A DNA stretch of 61,777 nt, filler included, from Chiloscyllium plagiosum (taxonomy: Eukaryota), in assembly GCF_004010195.1 (NCBI RefSeq). It is 3 parts of one record of this genome, joined end to end, with 100 filler letters (N's around TTAATTAATTAA, not from the genome) between each part and the next. Parts side by side here need not be neighbours in the genome. Positions count along the whole stretch, not along the records: positions 25,437 to 57,239 come from NC_057711.1; 2 more parts are not named here. One strand, given 5' to 3'. Made by a program: the position numbers and the translations under genes. Under the pieces are notes generated by a model, which had not been told where the DNA came from, made no database searches, and was given only the letters and a program-made list of their open reading frames with translations. This document shows positions 38,976-52,265 of the stretch, piece after piece. How positions within the stretch are numbered: the stretch's first letter is position 1; each line of letters opens with the position of its first letter.

Positions 38976-39579
38976 CAAAATTAATTGTGTTTTCTCTCGA
39001 CAGATGCTGCCAGATCTGCTGAATTTCTCCAGCATTTTCAGTTTTTCTTTTGTGCCTTTAATTTCTTACTTACTTGATTATTTCCAGTTCTCCTTCTTGG
39101 ATTACATGGAAGTTTTATAAGGTCTTTCCAGCTCTGATGGCACAAGTCTTCTTTCAGTTCTAACAAGTTGAGCTCACTGCTTGGAGACTTCACAAACTGA
39201 AGCACTTTTCCTTGGCTGACTGTTCTGCTGAGCTGAAAATTTGATTCTGTTAAACTGAACTAAGGTAGTAAACTAGTGCCCCCCAGTCTGTTTTCTCTGT
39301 TTGTACCAAATCAGCATTATAGACATTAATCAATAAACACCACAAGTGTCTTACCAGGTCTTTAATTGAATCATATGCTTTCTTGGAAATGATGTATTTG
39401 GGAAGCTGTTCCAAATTACTTTCTAACCACATAAATAAACACAGTGACTTTCATAGACCTAAAACCAAAATATATTGGCCTCTATTTTTTTAAAAAAACC
39501 CAAATTTCCACATGATAATAAGACATATTATGCACCTTTATCACACTCTGTCCTCTCTGGTGATCATAAAGACCTCATA

Positions 39580-39892
39580 GAATCAGAGTATCCCAAAAGT
39601 GTGGAAGCAAGCCATTTGGCCCTTCGAGTCCATACTGACTGTCCGAAGAGCATCTCCCCAGACCTGCTCCTCCCTACTCCCGCACCCTATAAGCCTGCAT
39701 TCCCCATAGCCAATCCACCCTAAGCTGCACATCTTTGGATGATGGAAGGAAAGCAGAGCACCCACAGGAAACCCATACAGACACAGGGAGAATGCACAAG
39801 CCCCACATAGACAATTGCCCAAGCATGGAATCAAATCTGGGTCCCTGGTACTGTGAGGCAGCAAAGCTAACCACTGAGCCACCATGCCCCCC
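39580..39892 (-). mobile_element. HE1-like V-SINE
   Basis: Reverse complement of head and V-domain. Confidence 0.8.
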
Positions 39893-39914
39893 ACATTGAA
39901 GTATTTGTGGAGGC

Positions 39915-40120
39915 ACAGAGTCCTGGCCAAAAGTTATCCCTGAACACACATCACTAATCCAAAGTAAGTTATCTGGCTATTATTTCATATCGCTTAGGGG
40001 TTTGCTGTATGAAGTATGGCTGCCAAAATCCTTACGTTCAGACAGTGACTTCAAAAGTATTTAATTGGCTGCAAAGTGCATTGAGCTGCCCGCGGTTTGA
40101 GGAAGGCTCTGTATAAGTCT
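39915..40120 (+). mobile_element. DeuSINE (SacSINE1/AmnSINE1-type) Deu-domain relic
   Basis: GTCCTGGCCAA..TTATCCCT..ACATCACTAA..TTATCTGG..TGGCTGCC..CAGTGACT..TCAAAAGTA..ATTGGCTG. Confidence 0.6.
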
Positions 40121-40224
40121 GTCTCTCATTGACTTAACAATCCTGCTGAGTGCAGAATGAAAAGCTTCAGCAACATGTACTTTCTTTTTAGCATCATTCA
40201 AGTTCTGTACTGTCAAGCAACATT

Positions 40225-40755
40225 TTGCGAAAGGTATAGAGTATAAAAGTAAGGAAGTGTTACTGCAAACGTACAGGGTATTAGTGAGAAGGCACCTGGA
40301 GTATTACAGTACTTACAATTTTGATCGCTTTACTTGAGGAGGGATGTAGTTGCATTGAAGCAGTTCAGCGGAGGATCAATAGATTGATTTCAGATACGAA
40401 GAGAAATTGCGCAGTTTTACCATACTCTGTGGAACTTAGAAGAATGAGAGGAGACTGACTGAGGAAGATAAGATGCTAAAGGGGACTGACAAAGTAGATG
40501 AGATGGGATGTTTCCTCATGTGGGACAGTCTAGAAAAGGAGGATATGGAGTGGCAGATTTAAAACAGAGATGTGGAGAAATTACTTCTCTCAAATGCTCG
40601 TGAATCTGTGGAAGTCACTCCCCCAGAGCACGCTAGATGCGGGAACGTTGAGTAAATTTAGATACATTAGACAGATTTTTAATTATCAATGGGCTGAAGG
40701 GTTATAAAGAACAGGCAGGATGATGCTGTTGAGGCTGAAATGAGATCAGCCATTG
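40225..40755 (+). mobile_element. Degenerate CR1 3' end
   Basis: CACCTGGAGTA (HLEY), TTCTCTCAAA..GTGAATCTGTGGAA, GATCAGCCAT. Confidence 0.75.
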
Positions 40756-40756
40756 A

Positions 40757-43700
40757 CCATAAGACCATAAGACATAGGAGCAGAAATTAGGCCATTCAGC
40801 CCATCAAGTCTGCTCTGCTGTTCAGTCTTGGCTGATAAGTCTCTCCCATTTGCTCCCCATAAACCTTGAAAACCTTGATTCCTTGACAAGCAAGAACCTA
40901 TCCATCCCCATACCTCTATTCTTCCTACATGATCTCACACTTTCCCACATTGTACTCCATCAGCCACTTCTTTGCCTACTCTCCTAACCTGTCCAAATCC
41001 TAATGCAGCCACCCTGCCTCCTCAATGCTACCTGTTCCCTCCACCTAGCTTTGTATCATCTGCAAACCTAACCAGAAGGCCCTCAGTTCCTTCATTAAGA
41101 TCATTAATGTATAAAGTGAAAAGTTGCGGTCCCAACACTGAGCCTTGCAAAGCACCACTTGTCACCCACTGTCATCCTGAGAAGGACCTTTTTATCCCCA
41201 CTCTCTGCTTTCTGCCAGATAGCCAAGCTTCTATCCATGCTCGCACCTTGCCTCTAACACCATGGGGCCTTATCTTACTCTATAGCCTCCTGCGCAACAC
41301 CTTGTCAAAGGCCTTCTGGAAGTCCAAGTAGATAACATCCATTGGTTCTCCTTAGTCTAACCTGTTCATTACCTCCTCAAAGAATTCTGACAGATTTGTC
41401 AGGCATGACCTCCCCTTGATGAATCCATGCCCTATATTACCATGTACTCCAAGTGTTCAGAAATCTCATCCTTTACAATGGACTTCAAAATCTTACCAAT
41501 GACCAAGGTCAGGCTAACTGGCCTGTTATGTCCTGTCTTTTGTCTCACTGCCTTCTTAAAGTGAGGGGAGGGGCCATTACTCATGCCCCTCTGGGACCCT
41601 CCCTGACTCCAGTGATTTCTGAAAGATCATCACTAATGCCTCCACTTTGTCTTCAGCTATCTCCTTCAGAGCTCAGGGGTATAGTCCATCTGGCCCAGGT
41701 AATTTATCCAACTTTAGACCTTTCGGTTTGTCTATCACCTTCTCCTTGGTGATGGCTACCATACTCACGTCTGCCCCTCTAACTCTGTTGAATTTTTGGG
41801 ATGCTACTCACGTCTTCCACCATGAAGAATGGCACACAGTTCCTCTGCCATTTCCTTGTTCCCCTTTACTACTTCACCAGTGTCATTTTCCAGTGGTCCA
41901 ATGTCCACATTTGCCTCTCTTTTACCCTTATAAATCTAAAGAAACTCTGCCATCTTCCTTTATATCACTGACTAGTTTATCCTCATATTTAATCTTCTGC
42001 TTCCTTTTTTTTTTTCAGTTGTCCTCTGTTGGTCTTTGTCAACTTCCCTTTGCCCTTCACTGCATTATATGCTTTCACTTTTGCTTTTATTCTGTCCATG
42101 ACTTCCCTTGTCAGCCATTGTTGCCTCATCCTCCCTGTACCATGCTTCTTTGTCTGAGGGATGATTTCTTGCTGTCTCTCCCAAATTACTCCCAGAAACT
42201 CCTGCCATTACTGTTCCACTATCTTTCCAGCTAGGCTCCTCTCCTAGTAAATTCTGGTCAGCTCCATCCTCATGCCTCTGTTGTTGCCTTTATTCAACTG
42301 TAATACTATTACATCAGATTCCAGCTTCTGCCTCTCAAATTGCTGAGTAAAATCTATCTTATTATGGTCACTGCCTTCTAAGGGTTACTTACCTTAAGCC
42401 CCCTTATCAAGTTTGCCTCATTGCACAACACTAAATCCAATATTGCCTGTTCCCTCGTGGGCTCCACCGCAAACTGCTCCAAAATACCATCTTGTAGACA
42501 TTCCACAAGTTCCTTTTCTTGCAATCCCCTACCAACCTGATTTTCCCAGTCTACCTGCATATTGAAATCCCCCATGATCACTGTAACCTTGCCTTTCTTA
42601 TACACCTTTTCTATCTCCTGGTATATCCTCTGCCCCACATCCTGAGTACTGTTTGGAGGCCTGTGCATAACTCGCATTGTGTCTTTTTTTACCTTTGCAG
42701 TTCCTCAACTCTACCCACACAAATTCTACATCATCTGACCCTACATGGTTTCTTGTTATCAATTTAGTTTCATTTCTGACTAATCAGGCAGCCCCACCCC
42801 CTATGCCCAAATGTCTGTCTTTTCGATCGGATGTATATCCTTGGATATTTAGCTCCCAGTCCTGAACCCCCTTGTGGCCAAGTCTCCATGACGCCCACCA
42901 CACTATACCTGCTAATTCCAGTCTGCTCCACAAGCTCATTTACCTTATTCCTCACACTGCATGTCCTCAGATTCAACCCCTTCAGTCCTTATTTACTGCC
43001 CCTCTTCTCATTGTCATCCCTTTATCCGGTGTGCTTGAAGCTGAATTCCTAACCCTTTCCAAACACTCTTATTTTGTGTTCTGGAGACTTTAATAACCGC
43101 TCTTGAGTTCTCATTTCTTTTCAATATTTTCATACTTTTCAACGCTGTTGAATCCAACCCTCCCCACTCCATCACCACCACATGCTAACCTTTATTTCCC
43201 ATTAGCCATTATACTTCATGGTGTTTTACCCTTCCCTTCCCTCTGCTTTCTAGCTTAAAGCCCCATTGACCACCCTATTTACCCTTTTCGCTAGAATACT
43301 GGCCCCAGCTCAGTTCAGATGGAGACTGTCCCAATGGTACAGATCCCTCCTGTTCCAATACTGATGTCTAACGGAATCCCCATCAAATGGAACCCATCTT
43401 TCTCACACCACCCTTTAGCCACGTGTTTACTCTCCCTTTTCTCACATTCCTATGCCAATTTTCCTGTGGCCCGGGTAGTAATCCAGAGATTATAATTCTT
43501 GAGGACGTGTTCTTTAATTTAGTTCCTAGTTCCAGATAATCTCCAAACAGATCCTCTTCCCTATCCTTGCCTGTACTGTTTGTCTCAATGTGGACCACAA
43601 CAACTGGATTCTCCCCCTCCCTCTCCAATATCCTGGTCAGAGATGCCCCTCACCCAAGCACAGGACAGGCCCTAATATACCATGTGGGACTCTCAATCCT

Positions 43701-44200
43701 GGTTACAGAGGGTACTATCTATTTCCCTAATGATAGAATCACCTACAACTACCACTTGTCTTTTTGCTACCTGCTGTTGAACGGCCTCCAGTACCTGGTG
43801 CAGTGGTCAGCTGGGTCATGCTCCCTACAGCCCTGTTCCTCATCCTCACAGGGAGGAAGTACCTCATAGCTGTTGGACAAGAGCTGAGGCTTCTCCGTTC
43901 CTGGATACAGGATCCCTCTACCTGCCTCCGTTGCAGTCACACCCTTCTGTCCCGGACCACTGACTTAATCTACCAGGTGTGACCGCCTCCTGAAACAAAG
44001 CGTCCAGGTAACTCTCCCCCTCAGGGATGTGCTACAGTGCCCGAAGTTCAGAATCCAGCTCATCAGTCCTGAGCCAAAGTTCCTGCAGCAACCAACACTT
44101 GCTGCAGTTGCAGTAACTGCAGTTCGCAATGGAATCAGCCAGCTCCCATACCACACAACAACAACACATCACCTGCCCAGCCATCTCTACTTAGGAAATT
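40757..44200 (-). mobile_element. Near full-length degenerate CR1: ORF1 (zinc finger + SGNH esterase) and ORF2 (APE endonuclease, RT)
   Basis: PVVVVHIETNSTGK..RIIISGLLP (esterase); RPPNS..IMGDFN..PTREQAILDLVL (EN); rc FADD at ~41050-41068; (GACCATAA) tail at ~40757. Confidence 0.85.
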
Positions 44201-45357
44201 CATTCATAAGTTAGTTAATCTCTAGTTAGTAAATTAACTTATTAGTTAGTTAATCCTAGTTAGTTGATTTATTAGGTAGTTAATCCCTCGTTAGTTAATT
44301 AATTTATTCATTATTTTTGCAGCTTTTATTTTCAAATTTGGGACAGATTTCCTATCAGGTCATAGCCCTCCTGAGACATCACTTTTTCCATTTCTCTGTG
44401 TGCTCCTCACTCTGACCCTGCTCCCTGGAAACAAGGCCTTGAACATATTAAATAGCAGAGCAGGTTTGATGGGCTGAATGGCCTACTCCAGCACCTGGTT
44501 CTTACGTTCTAACATTGTGGTCTAAAGTCCCTTGTTCTTCTCAAGCACTCACTAGGCATCGTGCCCCAAGTATGAATAAACGTTATCTGAAAAATATGAT
44601 TTGATGTATAAAATTCAATACCTTCGAGTATTTATTAAAGTGATCCATTGCTCAACATTCTATAGCCAGTAATGTTTTCTGCAATAAGTCTTGCCAATTT
44701 GTGCATTTTATCCCTGTGGAACAAGCAGGCATTAATGTTATGGTTAATATTGCTTTTTAGTAGTCCAAAGAGCGCCACAAAAATATGATGACTAGTATCT
44801 CCCAACAGGACAATGCAGCAACTTTTTTGTATCATGTGCTGGAGTGACTCACTCAGTGGCAAGCCAGAGGGCTTTGTAGCTTCCAAAGATGAATTGTCAT
44901 AAATCGTGTTGACAAGAACAGTTTTGTTTCAACGAAAAATATGTGACAGATTCTCATCTTTTATCATCTAAACACTGCCCCAGCTGGGGCAGAGTTTGGT
45001 AGATTAAAAGTACTTATCATTGCTTATCATTAATATTCTCAAGGGTAATTACAAAGAGGCAATAATTTGCCAATGACACTCAGAACTCAAGAACCGATAA
45101 TTAAGATATGGAAAATCAGACTTGAGCTGAATTTCCTCTCTGCCTCTTCCCAGACTGTGCCCGGGTGCTAAAGAAGATAACCTGCCTTTTAGCAGAGAGG
45201 AAATTTCTCCTCTGGCTCACCAAGTGGATGGATGCCTTGCTGATCTATCCCGCGACAGGAAATCCCTTGCTAATAACATTTCCAGCAATGCCTACATCTC
45301 CCAAATGAGAAAAGGCATTGGAAGCAGAGTCCTCAAATATTTTTAAGGGTGAGGTGG

Positions 45358-45470
45358 ATTGAATTGAGTTGAATTTATTGTCACATGTACCGGGGCACAG
45401 TGAAAAGCTTTGTCTTGCGAGCAATACAGGCAGTTCACCGAGTTAAGTATCATAGATAAGTAAATAATAA
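45358..45470 (-). mobile_element. Short Rex1/Babar-type 3' end
   Basis: Near-identical to 35340-35449. Confidence 0.7.
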
Positions 45471-46104
45471 CTGGATAGTTTCTTGCAAAGCAAGGGAGTT
45501 AAAGGTGAACAGGGCTAGGTGGAAATGTGGACTTGAGATTACAACCAGATCAGCCATGACCTTTTTAATTAGCAAAAGTGGTTTCATGGGATCTGAAAGG
45601 CCTAATTCTGTTTCTAGCTCGTGTTTTCCTACAAAGTTTTGAAAACAATTATCTCTGTACATTGTTATAGCAAACAACCAGGACTTCATTGATGGTCCCT
45701 TGAATGTGAGACAAGGGAAGCAGACTTTTAGGAATTCTATTTCAGAACTCCCCTCCAGGCTGTGCATTTTAATTATATTGTGAAGATACACAAGGGCATT
45801 GATTAATTGTGTTGAAATTTGAATTTGCAAACATCTGGATTTAAAAGTTAACCTATTGGTGACACTGTTGATTGTTGTTAAAAAAAAACCCATCTGGTTC
45901 ACTAATAGCTTTTAAGGAAGGAGATCTCCCTGTCCTTCCCCACTCTGGCCTACCTGTGACTCTTGACCCACAGAAAGGTAATTCGAGATTTGCAATAAAT
46001 GCTGGTCTTGCCAATGACCAAATACCTTGAGCACTTACAAAAAGAGATGGCTAGGACACAAGGAAAGCAGCAAAAGTATGCATCTGCACTCTGTCACTTT
46101 TCTT

Positions 46105-46450
46105 TTTCATTCGTGGGACGTTGGTATCACTGGCTAGGCCAGTATTTATTGCCCGTCCCTACCGAAATGCCCAGAGGGGAGTTAAAAGTCAAGCACATTG
46201 CTGTAGATCTGAGTCACATGTCGGCCAGACCAGGTAAAGATGGCAGATTTCCTGCCCTAAAGGACATTAGTGAACCAGATGGGTTTTCCCAGTAACAATC
46301 AGCAATGGCATCATGGTCGTCAATAAACTTTGATTTCCAGATGATTATTGAAATCATAGTCCATGCTCTGCCATGGTGGGGCTCAAACCCAGGTCCCCAG
46401 AACATCATCGGGGTCTCTGGATTAATAATCTCATGATAATAACACTGGAT
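46105..46450 (-). mobile_element. tRNA-derived SINE, second family
   Basis: Reverse-complement similarity to 1143-1495. Confidence 0.65.
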
Positions 46451-46886
46451 CATCATTTATCCCAAGATAGATTAATTCTCCACCAATTGACTTGGGATTA
46501 AATTAGGAGTTCTGTCTTAGAAATATGTTGCTGCTCCTTAATTATCACTGGGTCAAAAAGCTAACACTTTCTTCCCAACTTCCCCGTGAGAGTTATCCTC
46601 ACTGCACAGCTCACAGTGGCTCAAAAAGATAGTCCATGTCTCAAAGGAACCTGGGCAATAAGTGTTGGTCTTGCTTGCCATATGACATCATTACACAGAA
46701 GGTTTTGAAAAATCAAATTGAGCTGTTACTCCAAAAAAATACCTGTGTTCCTCTTAATATAATGCCTCAAGGCAACTATTTTGTCATATAGTACTAATGA
46801 AAAGTGCAAGAGTATACATTCATACACAGTGACTTTAAAACAAAAAACATCTCAAGGCAATACATACAAGATCAAAAAAGGGGATT

Positions 46887-47103
46887 GATATGGAGGTGTC
46901 GGTGTTGGACTGGGGTGCACAAAGTTAAAAATCACACAACACTGGGTTATAATCCAACAGGTTTATTTATTTGGAGGCACTAGTTTTTGAAGCGCTGATC
47001 CTTTATCAGGTGTTGTGAACCACCTGATGAAGGAGCAGCGCTCTGAAAGCTAGTGCTTCCAAATAAACCTGTTGGACTATAACCTGGTGTTGTGTGATTT
47101 TTA
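46887..47103. mobile_element. Fold-back PLE family B element with two opposed hammerhead cores
   Basis: Arms ~46925-47012 and ~47021-47103 reverse complementary. Confidence 0.8.
47021..47055 (+). ncRNA. Minimal type I hammerhead ribozyme motif
   Basis: CAC-CUGAUGA-A-GGAGC-AGC-GCUCU-GAAA-GCUA-GUG (one G-U in stem II). Confidence 0.7.
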
Positions 47104-47138
47104 AGAAAGGGGAGAGATACTAAAGAAAGCAGACAATC

Positions 47139-47460
47139 ATAGAATCCCTACAGTGTGGAAACAGGTCAATGGTCCAACACGTCCACACCGACCCTCCAAA
47201 AAGTAACCCTCCCAAACCCTATTACTCTCTGTTTACCTCTGACTAATGCACCCAACCTACACATCCCTGAGCACTATGGGGCAATTTCCCATGGCAAGTT
47301 CACCTAATCTGCACATCTTTGGACTGTGGGAGGAGGCCATAGCACCCAGAGGAAGCCCATACAGACACAGGAAGAATGTGCAGACTCCACACAGACGGTT
47401 GGCTGGAATCAAACCTGGGTCCCTGGCACTGTGAGGCAGCATTACTAACCATTGAGCCTC
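47139..47460 (-). mobile_element. HE1-like V-SINE
   Basis: Reverse complement of head, V-domain and tail. Confidence 0.85.
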
Positions 47461-48018
47461 TGCATTTGCAATGTAAAAAGCATCAGATTTGTGGGTAAAA
47501 CTTTGCTTTCTCAGATGATGCTGTTTGGCTTACATGGGTCCCATTTACACTTGCTCTGTTGTTGCAGCTGCACTCTAATGGTCTTACATTTCCCTGGAAA
47601 GGAAGCTGTGAGCAGAAACTGCCTTTCCTTCTGTTAATATTGCAGCTTGACTTCGATACCTTGCAAAGGAATTCTCAAGACTGACAGGGTCGGATGAAAG
47701 AAAATCTTTGATGGCTTTCCTGTCTGTCTCAGAAACAAAGATCAGCTCTGTCATGTGGAAGCCCATTGTAGGTGCAATGTGTTTTGCAGCTCATTGACAA
47801 AGTCCACCTTGCTGTGGTAATGTGCACCTTGACTTGTAAATGCTGTAATCTGAAGCTATGTGTGATGTCAGCCACAGTCGAAACATTCTTCCCATCACAT
47901 GGGCTTACCAGGAATCGCTCCCACTCTTCCCCCTTGTCACTGCTTTGTGTTGGAAGGATTTGCGTCTTCATACTCAACCTGTTTGGATATTGCAGAAATA
48001 CGACATCCTTGGCTATTA

Positions 48019-48355
48019 AGGTGGCTCAGTGGTTAGCACTGCTCCCTCACAGCACCAGGGACGTGCATTCAACCCCAGCTTCGGGTGCCTGTCTGTATGG
48101 AGTTTACACATTCTCCCCTCGAAACTGTACATTTCCTCTGGGTGTTCCAGTTTCCTCCAAGAATGCTCAGGTCAGATGGATTGGCCGTGTTATACTGTCC
48201 AGGGGCGTGCAGGTTGGGTGGGTTAGCCATGGGAAATGAAGGGTTATGTCGAAGGGGGGAGGGGGGGGGGAGTGTGAGGCTGGGAGGGAAGCTTTTCAGA
48301 GGATTGGTTGAACTTGATGGGTCAAGTGGCTTGCTTCCACACTGTAGGGATTCTA
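48019..48355 (+). mobile_element. HE1-like V-SINE (diverged)
   Basis: GGTGGCTCAGTGGTTAGCAC head, CACTGTAGGGATTCTA tail. Confidence 0.8.
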
Positions 48356-49374
48356 AGTCCTGCCATGTGACTTCAGCCCACGACTTCTGCTGAGAGTCAG
48401 ACAATATACCAAATCTGCCATATGATTTAGCCTTTGACATTTGCAATCCTGGGCAAATCACAAAAAGGTGGACGCCCAGTGGCTGAGGGGTTGATACTGG
48501 CTGCTGGGTTGTGTCTCAGAATTTGAACTCTTTTTTGGGGTAACAATCCAGACCCCTGCAATGTTAGGCTGGCCCAACAGGCAGTGAGGGGATTGGGAAA
48601 GGACTCACATCTGGTAAGTGAGCGTGTGTTGGGAGGGAAGGGACAAAACCCTACCTTCTGGTGTTCAGCCTGTGGGTTCATTTGTTCAATGAAGTACAGG
48701 CCAGGCTCTAAGTTTTGTTTTTTTTTTGGAAAGGAATCTCAAGAGTTTCTAGCAGGGCATCTGTGCCCCAAGCTGCTCTGTTTACAAACTACCAACCCAG
48801 TCCTCTCACATGGCTCTTAAGGTCACAAAGCATTACACCGTAAGAAGTGGGCCATTCAGCCCACCAAGTCCACTCTGCTATACAATAAGATCATAATTGA
48901 TCATATGATGGTCAACCCAGTCTCGACAGCCCTCTGCAGACAAAGTTCCACAGATTCACTCCCTTCTGTCACACAAGGGTAAAGAATCTGTGGACCCCTT
49001 TACTGCAGGGGGCTTGTCGAGGCTGAGGTATTCAGGATATTCAAGGCTGGGAAAGACGGATTTTTAATCCGTGAGGGAATCATGGTTTTGGAGAAAAGGC
49101 AAGAAAATGGAATTAAGTCTAATCAGATCAGCCACGATCTCCTTGAATGATGTAGCAGATTCAATGGGCTGAATGGTCTATATCTTCTCCTACTTGTTAA
49201 GGTCTAATGGCGAAGGCTGTTTCTTCTGAGAAGGTGAAGGTTGAGGGGCAGACAAATGCTGTCTTTAAAATAATGAAGGAGTTTGATAAGGTACTGAGAA
49301 GACTTTGTTAATAGGGGCACAGAGTCCAAAGCAAAGACATGATATTGAACTTGTACAAGACACTTGTTAAATTT

Positions 49375-49915
49375 CAGAGTAATACAGCACAGAAACAGAC
49401 CTTTGGCCCAACTCATCCATGCTGACCAGGAACCCAAACTTAACTCATCCCATTTGCCCGCATTTGGTCTATATCCTTCTAAAGTTATCCTATTCATGTA
49501 GCTGTCCAATATCTTGTAACTATTGTAATTGTACCCACCTCCACCACTTCCTCTGGAAACTCATTCCATACACGCACCACCCTCTGTATGTAAAAGTGGC
49601 CCCTTAGATCTTTTTTAAATCTTTCCCCTCTCACCTAAAATCTGTGCCCTCTAGTTTTCCCCTACCCTGGGAAAAAGACCTTGGCTATTCACCTTTCACT
49701 TTGCCCTCATGATCTTGTAAACCTGTATAAGGTCACCCCTCAGCCTCCGGAGCTCCAGGGAAAAAAGTCCCAGCTTATCCAGCCTCTTATTATAACTCAA
49801 ACTCTCAGTTTTGGTAACGTCCATGTAAAACTTTTCTGCACACTTTCTAGTTTTGCAGCATCCTTCCTGTAGCACAGAGACCAGAATTATATGCAGTATT
49901 CCAAATGTGGCCTCA
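49375..49915 (-). mobile_element. CR1 (HER1-like) 3' end
   Basis: RLDKLGLFSLELRRLRGDLIQVYKIMR. Confidence 0.88.
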
Positions 49916-51469
49916 TTAATGCTGGAGTATACAGTTGTGGATGTTGCATTATAGGAAAGATGCGAAGGCACTGGAGAGAGTGCAGAAGTGGTAAAAAGGA
50001 ATGGTTCCAGTAATGAGAAACTTCAGTATGAGGATAGATTGAAGACGTCAGGACTATCCACCTTGGAGAAAAGACTGGATTGAGTAGATAGGGAGATGCT
50101 GTTCTCACCGATACCACTTCCTCTGGCAACTCATTCCATACGCAAACCACTCTCTGTATGTTAAAGTTGCCCCTTAGATAAAGAGACAATAATGAGAGAG
50201 CATATATTCAAAGTGATGTGTGAGTGAAGCAAGAGTGGTCCCATCACTGATTCCTGTGGACCCCACCGGCTACAGGTCACTAACCCCACTCACGAATTCT
50301 TGTGAGCATTCAAAGTCAGTTTATTTTCAAAGTCACTTTTTCACAGTGAGTATCTCAGGTCTGGATTACATCGCTTGGAAATGTGATGGAGGCCATTCTA
50401 ATTGAGGCATTCAGTAGCACATTGGATAATAATTTAGTTAGAAATAATGTACAAAGGTATGTGGAAAAAGCAGGAGATTGCAAATGATGCTTATCCTGGT
50501 CAGACAAAATGGGCCAAAAGACCTCTTTCTGCACTGAAACAATTCTGTGACTCTGTATACAGAGGGAAAGTGTTTCATATTTGTAGGGGAGACCAAGAAA
50601 ATTGACCAAAAACATGATAGTCACTGAAAATAGGAAATTAAAAAAAAAACAGCTTTACCCATCGGAAAGCAGCAAGAATGTAGAATTGAACAAAAGAAGT
50701 GAAGTCTTCCCAATTTCTGACCATGTGGACATTGTTAGTCAGTTGGGAAATAAGGCTAAGGTCAGCAGTAAGAAGATTCCCAATGTTAGAAGAAAATGCT
50801 TCATTCTCCAATCACATGTTGAACAGCAAGAAGAGAAACTCTCTAGCGAGAGGCCGATTTGCATCAACTTGAATGCATTAGCATGTCATCATTGCCCCAT
50901 CTCACTCATTGATATACAGTTTCTGATTCCCTCACCCACTAGGTAGAAACTAGATTGTGACAATTCCTAACATGACACTCCAAGCATTTGTCTAGTGACT
51001 CCAGCTCACTGCTTGCTCCTGAGGGGCTCCATCTTAGACAGCAGTCACCAGGATACATCCATGAATAGCGACCACTCCTGCCTCCCCTTCTGTGCACGAC
51101 ATCGGATATGTACCAGCCTCTCTGTATCCTCACAGTCCATTTCTGCTCCATTTACAGTACAAAGTTAAAAATAACACTGCACCAGGTTATAATTCAACAG
51201 CTTTATTTGAAAATACTAGCTTTTGGAGCACTGCTCCTTTGTCAGGTAGCTAGTTAGAGTACAGCCATTTACAGTACAGTACTGCACTGTGAAGTGCATC
51301 AGCACTTGCTATTTTATTGATACTGTAAAGACATTTTGCACACAGTGATATGCACTCACCTCACAGGGTTGCACCATGGTGTACCTTAGCCTCCTCACAT
51401 GCTCTTATAGCACTCACCCACTCACTTTGAGTCTATCTCAATGCTCACAGGAAACAGCAAGTGAGGATA

Positions 51470-52265
51470 GGGGTTCTTTATCAGGTCGGTGACCTATAAC
51501 CAATGGAGGTTGACAGCAAAGGGATCTGTGCTGGGACCACAACCATGTACAATATATGTCAAAGACTTGGAGGAAGGAAATGGACATACTGGAGCCAAAT
51601 TTGCAGGCGGCCAGAAAAAGTTGAAAGGCAACAGGTGTACAAACAGTTTACAGAGAGATATTGACAGGTTAAGTGAGAGAGCAAAAAGTTGGCAAATCGA
51701 GTATATTGTGGGAAAATGTTAAGTTGTTCATTTAAAAGGGAGAACAGTAGAGTATTATTTAAATACAGTAAAACTGCAGAAAGCTGTAACACAAAAGGAC
51801 TTGGGGGAACAAAACACAGAAAGCTAGCACACAGGGGCAGCAGGTAATCAGGAAGGCTTATGGAATGTTGGTTTTTATTTCATGGGGGGTTGGAAGACAA
51901 GAGTAGGGAAGTTTTACTGCAACTGTACAGGGTGCATGTGAGAACACATCTGGAATACCGTGAGCAGTTCTGGTTCCTTTATCTAAGGAAAGAAATCATT
52001 TCATTGGAGGCAGTTCCAAGAAAGTTCATGAGGATGTTTTCTAATATGGAGCGTTTGTCTTATAAGCAAAGGTTAAACAAGTTTGGACTCTACTGAGAAT
52101 ATTGAGAAGTGGCACACTGGAACATCTACCATTCTTAAAGAGCTTGTCATGGTCAATGCTAAGAGAATGTTCCCAACCTCCCCCTCACTCCCGCCCCCCC
52201 CACCCCCCCTCCCCACCCCCAGAACGGTCTAGGAGCAGAAAGCACACTCTCAGAATTAAGGGGAT
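51470..52265 (+). mobile_element. Degenerate CR1 RT / 3' fragment
   Basis: KGSVLGPQ..IYVKDL, LQRDIDRLSE, LQLYRVHVRTHLEY..QFW. Confidence 0.8.

Noticed and set aside
41647..42234. 195-aa hydrophobic ORF
   Set aside because: Antisense shadow of the purine-rich CR1 ORF2.
44205..44305. Degenerate (TTAG/TTAGTTA)n tract
   Set aside because: Low-complexity DNA at the CR1 5' region; not telomeric TTAGGG.
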